Numbered from the whole stretch's first letter, positions 11,669 through 24,900 are shown. The stretch: DNA of 61,528 nt, filler included, from Nemertoderma westbladi (GCA_032718475.1; 3 parts of 3 records of this genome joined end to end with filler, not necessarily neighbours in it); one strand, 5' to 3'. The notes: a model not told the origin generated them from the sequence alone. Made by a program: numbers and translations.

Positions 11669-12990
11669 TTATTTCCGGGCCCTTTTCTTCTTAGAAATCC
11701 GTTTATGATGCTTCAACGGTGGGGAACCATTATTGGGTGTGGGAGCAAGGGACCCTTGGACTTGAATTCCTTCAGTAGCTGATGGATGGAGTTCCAATGA
11801 GTCAGGGGGAACTTCAACAGTCCGAATAGTTAGACCACCAGTAGATGTTCCCGGTTTGGGGTCGCCAACCGAAGCTGAAGGAGGAAGTACGTAATGTTTC
11901 ACACCCTTGCAAAGTATCTTGGCTGGAGAAGACTGAGATGAGAGGGAAAGTGCAGATAGTACCGACTGTTTAAGATGGCAGCGGTGATTTGTCCCTTAAG
12001 AGTTTGGGAGGAAGTCGTAATATCTCCTCGGTTGGAAATGTACCTCATGGGCTTAAGCCCTTTTATCGACAAGGCGCAAGGTATGTCTAAGGTAGGTGGT
12101 GTGGTTGGAGGTCTTGGGTTCGCAGTGAGGAATTCATTACCGAGATCGGGGTCTTTTCTCACGTAGTCTAAATGAAATTATATGTGCTGAGATCTTCCGG
12201 ATTCATTCAGCGGAGAAATGTACGCATGTAATGAACATTAACGACCTCGGAGAAAGAGAGCAGTAGTTGATGGTCAGGAAGGTTGGAATGTTGCACTTCA
12301 ATCGCGAAAGCGTATGGGTTAAAGGCAAAGACCCCGAAATATAAATGGGAGGACTCGTACTGCAATCAGGTGATTTGATGTAAGTCCGCCGAATGTTCCC
12401 ATAACCTTATATATTTAATAAGAGATGTCTCGTCGTCCCTTGGGTGGTGTCGAAGGACCAAGAAGTAGGATAATGTCCCTTTAACATGCACTTATCGCAC
12501 TGTTCTGAGAACTGTGGGCAATTAAAGAAAGTATGGTTCCCAAACAGTTGACAATACAGGCAGTGGAGGGGCTCATCAGAGCACTTCACGTACAGCTGAC
12601 AGATCTCACCGGAAGGGGGAGTTCTATGAGCACGGGAGCCGCACTGGAGGCTATCGAAGGTGGAGTATTCTAGATAAGTAGAAAGTTGTTTATCTGGTGT
12701 CTGTACAACGGACACTCAATAACCCGATTTGATGAGAGGGTGTTACAGAACGGTGGAATGTAAGTTCTCAATACACACGTCCCTGAATATAGCGAAACCT
12801 TTCTCGAAAGCAGTTGAATTTACCACTGGGTCACGGAATTGACTATCGATTCGAATGAAGTGAGATAGGAACCTTCGGAAGCACTCAAAACTTTAGAATT
12901 TCCCAACGTGAAGAAACCACGCCCCTGGGCCCAGGTGAGGATCATATGGGTGTCGGCGAAAGGATATGGGATGTCTAATTTTGATTTCAT
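11669..12990 (-). pseudogene. Decayed paralogue of the exonuclease/CCHC zinc-knuckle gene at 37999-40795
   Basis: Minus-strand translations IPYPFADTHMILTWAQGRGFF, FECFRRFL...DSQFRD, GFAIFRDVCIENLHS, CLYCQLFGNHTFFNCPQFSEQCDKCMLKGH, RKDPDLGNEF, PGTSTGG, LHPS and a basic C-terminus match the + strand copy in order; stops, frameshifts and a deletion are present. Confidence 0.85.
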
Positions 12991-13355
12991 CAATGATTGA
13001 CCGACTTATTTTTTTTTTTTTAAATCGTGAAACTACCGGTACCGACTGACAAACTGTCTGATTTTTGACCAAACTTTTGATTCTTTCTAAACCTTTGACG
13101 GACTACATACGTACCAAGGATTGGTTTAATTTCATCAAGGAATGACCGAGTTATTAGCGATAAAATATTTACGACGCGATGAAGACGACAGACAACTTGT
13201 TAAGGTTAACTTTACCTAATGCTAAGGTTCTCTTACTTTGTAGCTCGCCTCAGAACTGTACGGTAAATAATCGTACACTTACCATATACCAGTGCTATCA
13301 TAAACTAAGATTACCCAAGTCGGTGTCTAGAAGTTTATTGTTACTAAGATGGTGT

Positions 13356-13440
13356 ACTTTGTAGTTCAAGTGATCACTTTTCAGCTCAAGTGATTACTTT
13401 GTAGCTCATGCGATTGCTTTGCAGCTCCAGTGATTACTTT
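13356..13440. repeat. Short tandem repeat, 4 x 20 bp (ACTTTGTAGCTCAAGTGATT-like)
   Basis: Four degenerate adjacent copies read directly. Confidence 0.75.
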
Positions 13441-13708
13441 ACCGATCCCCTCTATTTCTGACATATAATATAACAAAGTGGCCTACATAGATTGTTATTG
13501 TTAAAATTTTAGAAATAATTGGATTCAGTTAATCATCTAAAAGCATCATAAATTCAGAATCAGTTTTTTGTTATTGACGAATGTTACTTAATTAATTACT
13601 TATCAATTACACAATAATAAAAAGTCACATTTTTGAATGGTGTAAATAAATTAGACTATCGTTGTATTATTTAGCTGACTTTGACTTCTGACTATTGCCG
13701 AAATAGAA

Positions 13709-15793
13709 TTAATGAAAATATCTAATTGTTGCTGTATCATATGTGTCCGGCGTGTACGTGTACTTGTTTGATCCAGATATTTTTTCAGTTGCTGTCTGAA
13801 ATATGGAAGATACATTTTCTTTGGGAAGTGACATAAGCAAAATCATCGACTCAAATTTACTCAGATTCTTTTCACTTAGGTTGTGTATGTCTCGAAGTTT
13901 TAGTTCAGGAAACTCAGAATAATCCATAAAGATCTTATTAAACTTATGTAAATAATCGAGTCGGTTTAACAGAGCCAGTAATGGTATCCATATCAGAATG
14001 ATGAAAAGTAGACAACTCCCAAAAAGAACTGTCCATGTTGGTAAATCATCCTCAAGTTCATATTTGTGGGTTTTAATTGCGTCGAGTGGCTGGTACTTGA
14101 ATGTCATCTCAGAAAATAATTTAAGGGTCTGCAGTGTTAAAATGATCGGAGCAAAATACCTCCAAATGATCATGAAAAATCCACTCGCCTTTTTACCAGT
14201 CATAGACTCGAAGTCAAACATTAATCGACTGAATACGCCTGGAGTCAGTGTTATAACATATGCAATTACCATGTTAATAATTGTTCCCGAAATATTATTA
14301 ACAAAGTAATCTCCCACATTGCTAAGGTATTTACCAATTCTCAAGGTATATATTAAACTAATAGACCAGAAAATGAAACATATCACCATCAACGTCAAAT
14401 TGAATGATAACTTTGATCGTGTTTCTCGAATTAAACACGCAATTGTATACATAGTTGTAAGTATACTATCAGTTCCTAGGCACACAAGTATAGTAAAGTA
14501 GGCTGCTGCCCAATATTGAGATAAATTCATCATTTCAAACATATCAGAAAGGTGCATGAAAGCAATGGTGTCTCCAGCTCCACTGCCATTAGTATAACTA
14601 CTTAGTAAATATGTTGCGTTTGTAGAGCATTGATGAGTGACTCCATCTGACTTTGAATTTAATTCAATGCATTCTTGGGCATCCAGATTGGCCTTCCGCC
14701 CCAGATTGGCGTAAATAGTTAACGCGCCTAAGACGGACATTAGGTAATCCGCAGTTGCCACAATTTTTGCATCTTTATAAAAATCATTTGTTCTTGGTAA
14801 GTAACTAGCCAAACAAAGATGAGCTCCTAAACCAATTTTGGAACTAACTATCGATCGCGTCAAAGCTGTCTTCCATCCCTGTGGGTCGAAAAATTTGCTG
14901 AAGTCAGGTTTAAGTAAATACTTGACACCAGATATCCCACCTTTAGAGGTAAATGCGTGTAGGAATAGAAATGTGGTCATTAAAACCCCATATGGAACTG
15001 TAATCCGTAAAACCTTTGCTGTTGAATGAATACCGCCAATCAAACAGATGTAAAATATAATCCATGCCACAGTACATGCAGCTAAGATTTTGTACGCAAA
15101 AATTGGTTGTGAAAAATCATTGAAATTTCCGGCCATTTGAAGTGAGGTCGTGTAATAAAAATACTCGCTGGCATTTATCCTTTCCACACATTCCGCCACC
15201 GGGGTTTCATTTACATGCCACATAGACTCTAGTATTGTCTCGCTCTCGGTAGGGCAGATTCGCCAAGGGAGCGGGTCTTGTAATGACATAAACAGATAGT
15301 AGAAACAATATGAAACATTAACGCTGTACATCATAACCCCTAAACTGCATCCCATTAGTGTGGCTACGCCAATTCCAGTGAAGCTTTTGTTAATCTGATA
15401 CCACGAAAAGACGTGACTCCTCCGAAATCGCTGACCGATTCCCATTTCGATGGCCATTATCGGCATCCCGACAATGCAATGTGCGACAGCGAATTGGATG
15501 AGAAAAATCAATCCACCGTTTTTCTCGACTATGTATGGGAAGTCCTTAAAGTTTGATGTGCCAACCGCGCACGCAATTGGTAATAGTAAATATTCCCACT
15601 TTGATGTAAACAGATTTCTGGCTCTGGTCTTGTGGGAATCATCCAAAGCAAACTCGTATATTCTACGGTTAGTTTTTTGTTCAAACGTCTCACCAGCCTC
15701 GTCGGATCCGCCATCTCTAAATATATGAAACTTAGCCGGGGTTATTACATTAAGTTTAGTTTCACTAAGCTTTGGTGTGAGTTTTTGAAACAT
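13709..15793 (-). CDS. SLC6 / neurotransmitter:sodium symporter (NSS) family transporter, intronless and divergent
   Basis: About 694-aa ORF with roughly 12 hydrophobic segments. Motifs AVGTSN..FPY..KNGGLIFLI, GMPIMAIEMGIGQ, FTGIG, LPW..C, GVKYLLKP, LASY, LGTDS and WRYFAP. First ATG at 15793 (ORF track starts at GTG 15802). Confidence 0.92.
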   Translation of the reverse strand: MFQKLTPKLSETKLNVITPAKFHIFRDGGSDEAGETFEQKTNRRIYEFALDDSHKTRARNLFTSKWEYLLLPIACAVGTSNFKDFPYIVEKNGGLIFLIQFAVAHCIVGMPIMAIEMGIGQRFRRSHVFSWYQINKSFTGIGVATLMGCSLGVMMYSVNVSYCFYYLFMSLQDPLPWRICPTESETILESMWHVNETPVAECVERINASEYFYYTTSLQMAGNFNDFSQPIFAYKILAACTVAWIIFYICLIGGIHSTAKVLRITVPYGVLMTTFLFLHAFTSKGGISGVKYLLKPDFSKFFDPQGWKTALTRSIVSSKIGLGAHLCLASYLPRTNDFYKDAKIVATADYLMSVLGALTIYANLGRKANLDAQECIELNSKSDGVTHQCSTNATYLLSSYTNGSGAGDTIAFMHLSDMFEMMNLSQYWAAAYFTILVCLGTDSILTTMYTIACLIRETRSKLSFNLTLMVICFIFWSISLIYTLRIGKYLSNVGDYFVNNISGTIINMVIAYVITLTPGVFSRLMFDFESMTGKKASGFFMIIWRYFAPIILTLQTLKLFSEMTFKYQPLDAIKTHKYELEDDLPTWTVLFGSCLLFIILIWIPLLALLNRLDYLHKFNKIFMDYSEFPELKLRDIHNLSEKNLSKFESMILLMSLPKENVSSIFQTATEKISGSNKYTYTPDTYDTATIRYFH

Positions 15794-16424
15794 CTTAAAC
15801 ACAAATATTAATGTTCTTTATTTCCAAAAGCATTTCTGTGAAGTATCTTCATTTTTTTTCAGTTCTTCAGTTCTGTTCATCTTCAGTTTTTTTTAACTCC
15901 GATCTATGGGGAACAGTTAAAAATAGTTTGTTTCTTTAACTGCGATCTCATTGAGAGTACGAAAATAAGATGAGATTAAATCCAACTAAGATTAAAGTTT
16001 AAGTGTTTTGCAGTTCAAAATTAAAACAGTCTGTTCTAGCTAGAACGACGTTGAGTAGCGGATATATTATAATAGGCAGGTTTTTTTTATTAAAAATTGA
16101 AAAACATGTGAAAAAAATGTGAAAAAAATGTGGTTTGTTCTAGAACAATTTTAAATAATCATAGACATTAGTAGTACCTGTATACCCTGGGTATCAAAAT
16201 TTTTATTTTTTTTATGTGTTGTATGTGTGTTATAAGTTTTTTTATTGTAGTATTTCTTTTTCTTTCTGTTCTAGAACATTTTCTAGTTATCTTTCTAGAA
16301 TCATTATGTTAGCTAGTAACTAATAGGCCAACTATCTAATTACTACAACCAGAATTGAAATGCTGCTTTGCAGCTGCAATATATATATATTACATATTAA
16401 GAATGTTGTGCTGGCTTATAAAGA

Positions 16425-16640
16425 CTATTAAGTTGGTTGAGCGCCGGGCCTGCAATCTATTGGTTGAAGAGTCAACTCAGCCATTTATCCACTGGGGTCG
16501 ATAAAATGAGTATCAGTTAAATTACTGGTATTACCTGGGAGCAAAACTTGGGATAGGAGTAGCGCCCACCCCTACATTCGGGTAGCAGATATCGAAAGAG
16601 GAGCCTTCGGGTCGCATCTGGCTTGTCAAATCTTATTACA
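16425..16640 (+). mobile_element. SINE with Nin/Deu-like conserved core
   Basis: GTCAACTCAGCCATTTATCCACTGGGGTCGATAAAATGAGTATCAG (16471-16517) resembles the Nin/Deu SINE core. Upstream is a tRNA-like remnant (GTTGGTTGAGCGCC); downstream is GAGCCTTCGGGTCGC and an A-rich tail. Confidence 0.6.
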
Positions 16641-17261
16641 CACATAAAACACAAAAAAAATAAGAATTTTGGTTCCCAGGCTATATCGGTACTAATGCCT
16701 CCTCATATATTGTTTATGAAATTTTAACACCATCAATAAATACTATTTGTTGTTTAAAAAAGTTACGATATTCAAATAATACCAATTTTTCTTACTATGG
16801 TTTTTTATAATTTTTGAAGGTGAAATACTACTTTAGTAACTTACCATAGTTTAATCTGCGTAATTTTAAGTAGCTAGAGTTGTTGCTAACTATTAGATTT
16901 AAATAGCTAGTAAACATTTATCAAAAGTATAAAAAAAAACACTCAAAACCACAAAAAATGAATGGTTAAAAAAATGTCAGTGGGTGTCGGCATGGCGAAG
17001 TGGTACCACACTTCATCTGGGGTTCTAGACACATCGCTCGACCGGAATATCCGACAGCAGGTTCCCTGTCCGAACCCAGAGGTGTAGTAGAAGGGAGGTA
17101 GATATTCAACTAGAAGGATCACTCAGGAATCATATGAGGGACTTTCGATATTCTCACCAACGACGAAAGTCCGCTTACATACGTAGCTACTCTAGCCTTT
17201 TTCATGGTTGCTTGCATTTTTGGTTGTGTTGAAAATTAAATTTGCTGATTTGAAATTGAAA

Positions 17262-17548
17262 CTTCTGAGATAGGTTACCTATTATTTTTTATTATGGTAG
17301 CTAGTGTTTTAAAATTAGGTAGTGATTTTAAAATTACAACGTAATATTTTGGACCATGTTAATGGATATTATCATTATGTTTTTTGTTCTAGAACATAAA
17401 CGTCACCTTCTGAAAGAGGTTACCTATTATTTTTTATTATAGTAGCTAGTGTTTTTAAAGTTAGCTAGTGATTTAAAATTACAAAATAATATTTTGGACC
17501 ATGTTAATGGATATTATCATGATGTTTTTGTTCTAGAACATAAATTTC
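17262..17548. repeat. Tandem duplication of an about 143-bp AT-rich unit (third partial copy resumes at about 18192)
   Basis: GGTTACCTATTATTTTTTATTAT..TAGCTAGTG...TTTTGGACCATGTTAATGGATATTATCAT...GTTCTAGAACATAAA occurs twice in tandem. Confidence 0.8.
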
Positions 17549-18191
17549 GGGAACAGTTCCATATGCAGTCGCATTTTTAAAATATAAATCATTGTTAACA
17601 GTTAACAGGGCAACAATGTAGAGTTCTAGAACAAAATATAATTATTATACACTATTCTAGATCATAAATAAAATAAAAACTATAATGTTCTAGAACATAT
17701 AGCTAGTCATTTTTAATATTTAAAATGGCTAGAAAAAACTACATTTTTATAACCAAAATCATTGTTACCATGCAAAAATGTAAACTGCTATATAATACCA
17801 TCAATATTTTTGGTCATTAATATATTCTGCAAAACTTTAAACCTGAAATATCACTGATTTCACATTTTTTTATAATTACAAGAGATAATAGCTAGTAAAA
17901 GAAACACTAGCTACCACAAAAAAACATATCTACTAATGTTCTAGAAAACAAAAAATTCAGTATTTTTAGTAATTTAAAAAAAAATGTAGGGCCTAATATA
18001 TAATAAATCATGTATCAAAAAATTAAAACAGAATATAACTAGCTAGTCGATTAGCTAATGTTCTAGAACACCATGTATTTATTTTGAAAAATATTGCAAT
18101 GAAGTCGGTGGTAATATTACTATGCAAAAGGTACATAATTTCATTAATTAATATCAAACTATCAAATGCGACTGCATACGGAACTCTAGCC
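17549..18191. mobile_element. MITE with about 28-bp imperfect TIRs and probable 8-bp TSD
   Basis: AGTTCCATATGCAGTCGCATTT ... AAATGCGACTGCATACGGAACT; flanks TAAATTTC / TGAATTTC. Related partial copies at about 28647-28830 (direct) and 30080-30235 (inverted). Confidence 0.7.
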
Positions 18192-18906
18192 TGAATTTCA
18201 CCTACTGAGGGATGTAGCTATTATTTTTTATTATGGTAGCTATTGTTTTTAAAGGTAGCTAGTGATCTTAAAATGACAAAAGAAAATTTGTAGTGCCCAT
18301 TTTATTTAGACAATTTCCATATCATCAATATGACTAATCTATTTGACATCTATATGAGTGATAAAAAATAAATAAATCTGGAAATTTTTTGGATGCTCTG
18401 GAAAAGATCAAGAAAATAATATTATTAAACACGATAAACTAGTCCTTTAAGCAAACGGTACCGGTAGTGTTCTGACTGAGTATAATAAAAAATGTATATA
18501 TAACTTACATTTCGGAATAGTAAAAACTGTATTTAGACATCTCTGCCTATATTTTGTATAAAAAACTAGCTAGTGAATTACCTACCGACTGGTGAATTAG
18601 CTACGAGTGAACTAGCTACTTTGACTATCAAATAACAATTCCTAGCTAACCATGACTCATAAATTATTCCAGGCAAATATATAATTGAGAATTAAATTAT
18701 ATCTTACATTTTTTTTACAAGCTAATAAATCGTACTAGCTAATAGTACTAATATTATATTTTAGTTACTATATCATTTTAGGCTATATTTTTTATGGGTG
18801 GTACTATACTAGTACCAATAATATTAGCACTAGCTACTATATACTTTGTGAGTGTATGTGATATGGCAGAACGTTAATCAAAAATAATCTTACCAAAATA
18901 TTTGAT

Positions 18907-21900
18907 TAGTGGGGAGGAGTACGGAACTAGTGGGGAGGAGTACGGAACTAGTGGGGAGGAGTACAGAACTAGTGGGGAGAAATACGGAACTAGTGGGGAG
19001 GAGTACGACCTATTGGGGAGGAGTACGGAACTAGTCCGGAGGAGTGCGGAACTAGTGTGGAAGAGTACGGAACTAGTGGGGAGGAGTACGGAACTAGTGG
19101 GGAGGAGAACGGAACTAGTGGGGAGGAGAACGGAACTAGTGGGGAGGAGTACGGAACTAGTGGGGAGGAGTACTGAACTAGTGGGGAGAAATACGGAACT
19201 AGTGGGGAGGAGTACGACCTATTGGGGAGGAGTACGGAACTAGTCCGGAGGAGTGCGGAACTAGTGTGGAAGAGTACGGAACTAGTGGGGAGGAGTACGG
19301 AACTAGTGGGGAGGAGAACGGAACTAGTGGGGAGGAGTACGGAACTAGTGGAGAGGAGTACGGAACTAGTGGGGAGGACTACGGACTATTGGGGAGGAGT
19401 ACGGAACTAGTCCGGAGGAGTGCGGAACTAGTGTGGAAGAGTACGGAACTAGTGGGGAGGAGTACGGAACTAGTGGGGAGGAGAACGGAACTAGTGGGGA
19501 GGAGAACGGAACTAGTGGGGAGGAGTACGGAACTAGTGGGGAGGAGTACTGAACTAGTGGGGAGAAATACGGAACTAGTGGGGAGGAGTACGACCTATTG
19601 GGGAGGAGTACGGAACTAGTCCGGAGGAGTGCGGAACTAGTGTGGAAGAGTACGGAACTAGTGGGGAGGAGTACGGAACTAGTGGGGAGGAGAACGGAAC
19701 TAGTGGGGAGGAGAACGGAACTAGTGGGGAGGAGTACGGAACTAGTGGGGAGGAGTACTGAACTAGTGGGGAGAAATACGGAACTAGTGGGGAGGAGTAC
19801 GACCTATTGGGGAGGAGTACGGAACTAGTCCGGAGGAGTGCGGAACTAGTGTGGAAGAGTACGGAACTAGTGGGGAGGAGTACGGAACTAGTGGGGAGGA
19901 GAACGGAACTAGTGGGGAGGACTACGGACTATTGGGGAGGAGTACGGAACTAGTGTGGAAGAGTACGGAACTAGTGGGGAGGAGTACGGAACTAGTGGGG
20001 AGGAGAACGGAACTAGTGGGGAGGACTACGGACTATTGGGGAGGAGCACGGAACTAGTGGGGAGGAGTACGGGACTAGTGGTGAGGAGCACGGAACTAGT
20101 GGGGAGGACTACGATCAATCAATCAATCAATCAATCAATCAAATTATATTTATTTAGCGCTAAAAACTTAAATTTAAAATTATACTCTAAGCGCTGCAAC
20201 TTTCGAGTTAACAATGACATTACAAGAAGTAGTTCACAATTAATTAATCATAATAATTAAAATACTTAAAACAAGGAAGGCAAATTAAAATAGTTCGGTA
20301 AAAAATAAGTAATATCTATTTACATCATTATGTGGAAGCAAGGCAGTTCGAAGTAAAAATAATGAAGTTAATTGAAAGTACTAAAACGTAGCAAGGCGAA
20401 TTAAGAAATTAAGATACTTCGGTAAAAATAACGTATTTAATTAAAAGTAAGTTAATTAAGATGGGGTTGGAAACGCTTTATCGAATAAATGAGTTTTGAG
20501 GTTCTTCTTAAATATTTCAATAGATGTTGCGGCACGTATTTTAGTTGGTAATTTATTCCACAATGTAGGTCCCGATACTGCGAAGGCGCGCTCACCGAGC
20601 GTTCTGTGTTTATACGTAGGAATTTCCAGCGTCACAGTATTTCCAGAACGGCTGTTATATGGATTCGTGTATATGGTGGTTAATTCTTGGATATAATCTG
20701 GGGATTGACCATTAACAGACTTGTATACTAGCAACAGTATTTTAAACTCAATGCGTTGTCTTACAGGCAACCAGTGAAGCCGTTTTAGAATCGGTGTGAT
20801 ATGATCATACTTTTGTATACGGGTCACGAGACGGGCAGCCATATTCTGCAATCGTTGTAATCGATCTAATTGATATTCAGCGATGCCATAGTAAAGTGAA
20901 TTACAATAATCCAAACGACTTGATATCAAGGAATGAACTAGCTTTTCTGCTGCCGATTGTGTAAGATATGGCCGTATTTTCCGAAGATTTCTTAAGTGAT
21001 ATGATACACCACTAGATGTTCGACTAACGAAAGTTTCCATTGACATTGTTGAGTCAAAATAGGCACCCAAATTTCGAACATTTTTCATTGGTTCAGTACT
21101 ATGATTGCCGACTTTGATTGCGTTGATATTAACTTTGGCTAACTGCTGTTTGGTCCCAATTATTAGAAACTCAGTTTTGTCATCGTTTATTTTTAGCCAG
21201 TTATTTATAAGCCAACATCGTATCTCAATTATACATTGTTCGACAGCTGTTAGAGCCGCCTGTTCGGAGAAATCACAGTTCGGTTTGAAAGACAGGTATA
21301 ATTGTTTGTCGTCAGCAAATCCATGAACGTTGGGCAAATGTTTAGCGACAATCTCGTATACGACAGTAACGTAAATGATGAACAAAATACACCCCAAACA
21401 AGATCCTTGTGGAAAACCGAAACGTAACTGAACTTTCCGAGAGAAAAGCCCATCAACCTTAACACGCATACACCTATCACCGAGAAATGAAGTGAACCAC
21501 TTGTGCGCGACATCATCGATTTTAAACTTTGACCGCAATGTGTTTAACAGTACTGTGCGATCAACTGTATCGAATGCAGCGCTCAAATCGAGTAGTACAA
21601 ATAGGGTAACCTTCTGTTTATCCATTGCCATTAGGATGTCGGAATGCACACGAGTTAGGGTTGTTTCAGTACTGTGGTAAGGTCTGTACGCTGATTGGTT
21701 GTATGGAAGTTGGGGCGTGATATGAGGCATGGTATCTTCGGAAACCGCACGTTCTGTTAGTTTAGACAAAAATGATAGACCACTAACGGGTCGGAAGTTA
21801 GGGAATAGTTTCGGATCGAGTTTGAGTTTCTTAACTAGTGGGGAGGAGAACGGAACTAGTGGGGAGGAGTACGGAACTAGTGGGGAGGAGTACTGAACTA

Positions 21901-24900
21901 GTGGGGAGAAATACGGAACTAATGGGGAGGAGTACGACCTATTGGGGAGGAGTACGGAACTAGTCCGGAGGAGTGCGGAACTAGTGTGGAAGAGTACGGA
22001 ACTAGTGGGGAGGAGTACGGAACTAGTGGGGAGGAGAACGGAACTAGTGGGGAGGAGTACGGAACTAGTGGAGAGGAGTACGGAACTAGTGGGGAGGACT
22101 ACGGACTATTGGGGAGGAGTACGGAACTAGTGGGGAGGAGCACGGAACTAGTGGGGAGGAGTACGGGACTAGTGGTGAGGAGCACGGAACTAGTGGGGAG
22201 GACTACGGACTATTGGGGAGGAGTACGGAACTAGTGGGGAGGAGTACGGACTATTGGGGAGGAGTACGGACTATTGGGGAGGAGTACGGAACTAGTGGGG
22301 AGGAGTACGGAACTAGTGGGGAGGAGTACGGACTATTGGGGAGGAGTACGGAACTAGTGTGAAGGAGTACGGAACTAGTGGGTAGGAGTACGGAAATAGT
22401 GGGGAGGAGTACGGAACTAGTGGGGAGGAGTACGGAACTAGTGGGGAGGAGTACGGACTATTGGGGAGGAGTACTGAACTAGTGGGTAGGAGTACGGAAA
22501 TAGTGGGGAGGAGTACGGAACTAGTGGGGAGGAGTACGGAAATAGTGGGGAGGAGTACGGAACTAGTGGGGAGGAGTACGGAACTAGTGGGGAGGAGTAC
22601 GGACTATTGGGGAGGAGTACTGAACTAGTGGGTAGGAGTACTGAACTAGTGGGGAGAAATACGGAACTAGTGGGGAGGAGTACGACCTATTGGGGAGGAG
22701 TACGGAACTAGTCCGGAGGAGTGCGGAACTAGTGGGGAGGAGTACGGGACTAGTGGTGAGGAGCACGGAACTAGTGGGGAGGACTACGGACTATTGGGGA
22801 GGAGTACGGAACTAGTGGGGAGGAGTACGGACTATTGGGGAGGAGTACGGAACTAGTGGGGAGGAGTACGGAACTAGTGGGTAGGAGTACGGAACTAGTA
22901 GGTAGGAGTACGGAACTAGTGGGGAGGAGTACGGAACTAGTGGGGAGGAGTACGGAACTAGTGGGTAGGAGTACGGAACTAGTGGGTAGGAGTACGGAAC
23001 TAGTGGGGAGGAGTACGGACCTAGTGGGGAGGAGTACGGACTATTGGGGAGGAGTACGGTACTAGTGTGAAGGAGTACGGAACTAGTGGGTATGAGTACG
23101 GAAATAGTGGGGAGGAGTACGGAACTAGTGGGGAGGAGTACGGAACTAGTGGGGAGGAGTACGGAAATAGTGGGGAGGAGTACGGAACTATTGGGGAGGA
23201 GTACGGAAATAGTGGGGAGGAGTACGGAACTAGTGGGGAGGAGTACGGAACTAGTGGGTAGGAGTACGGAACTAGTGGGTAGGAGTACGGAACTAGTGGG
23301 GAGGAGTACGGACCTAGTGGGGAGGAGTACGGAACTAGTGGGTAGGAGTACGGAAATAGTGGGGAGGAGTACGGAACTAGTGGGGAGGAGTACGGAACTA
23401 GTGGGGAGGAGTACGGAAATAGTGGGGAGGAGTACGGAACTAGTGGGGAGGAGTACGGAACTAGTGGGTAGGAGTACGGAACTAGTGGGTAGGAGTACGG
23501 AACTAGTGGGGAGGAGTACGGACCTAGTGGGGAGGAGTACAGACTATTGGGGAGGAGTACGGAACTAGTGTGAAGGAGTACGGAACTAGTGGGTAGGAGT
23601 ACGGAAATAGTGGGGAGGAGTACGGAACTAGTGGGGAGGAGTACGGAACTAGTGGGGAGGAGTACGGAAATAGTGGGGAGGAGTACGGAACTATTGGGGA
23701 GGAGTACGGAACTAGTGGGGAGGAGTACGGACTATTGGGGAGGAGTACTGAACTAGTGGGTAGGAGTACGGAAATAGTGGGGAGGAGTACGGAACTAGTG
23801 GGGAGGAGTACGGACTATTGGGGAGGAGTACGGAACTAGTGTGAAGGAGTACGGAACTAGTGGGTAGGAGTACGGAAATAGTGGGGAGGAGTACGGAACT
23901 AGTGGGGAGGAGTACGGAACTAGTGGGGAGGAGTACGGACTATTGGGGAGGAGTACGGAACTAGTGTGAAGGAGTACGGAACTAGTGGGTAGGAGTACGG
24001 AAATAGTGGGTAGGAGTACGGAATTAGTGGGTAGGAGTACGGAACTAGTGGGGAGGAGTACGGAACTATTGGGGAGGAGTACGGAACTAGTGTGAAGGAG
24101 TACGGAACTAGTGGGTAGGAGTACGGAACTAGTGGGTAGGAGTACGGAACTAGTGGGGAGGAGTACAGAACTAGTGGGGAGGAGTACGGACTATTGGGGA
24201 GGAGTACGGAACTAGTGTGAAGGAGTACGGAACTAGTGGGTAGGAGTACGGAACTAGTGGGGAGGAGTACGGACTATTGGGGAGGAGTACGGAACTAGTG
24301 GGGAGGAGTACGGACTATTGGGGAGGAGTACGGAACTAGTGTGAAGGAGTACGGAACTAGTGGGTAGGAGTACGGAACTAGTGTGAAGGAGTACGGAACT
24401 AGTGGGTAGGAGTACGGAACTAGTGGGTAGGAGTACGGAACTAGTGGGGAGGAGTACGGAACTAGTGGGGAGGAGTACGGAACTAGTGGGGAGGAGTACG
24501 GAACTAGTGGGTAGGAGTACGGAACTAGTGGGGAGGAGTACGGAACTAGTGGGGAGGAGTACGGACTATTGGGGAGGAGTACGGAACTAGTGTGAAGGAG
24601 TACGGAACTAGTGGGTAGGAGTGCGGAAATAGTGGGTAGGAGTACGAAACTAGTGGGTAGGAGTACGGAACTAGTAGGGAGGAGTACGGAACTAGTGGGG
24701 AGGAGTACGGACTATTGGGGAGGAGTACGGAACTAGTGTGAAGGAGTACGGAACTAGTGGGTAGGAGTACGGAACTAGTGGGGAGGAGTACGGACTATTG
24801 GGGAGGAGTACGGAACTAGTGGGGAGGAGTACGGACTATTGGGGAGGAGTACGGAACTAGTGTGAAGGAGTACGGAACTAGTGGGTAGGAGTACGGAACT

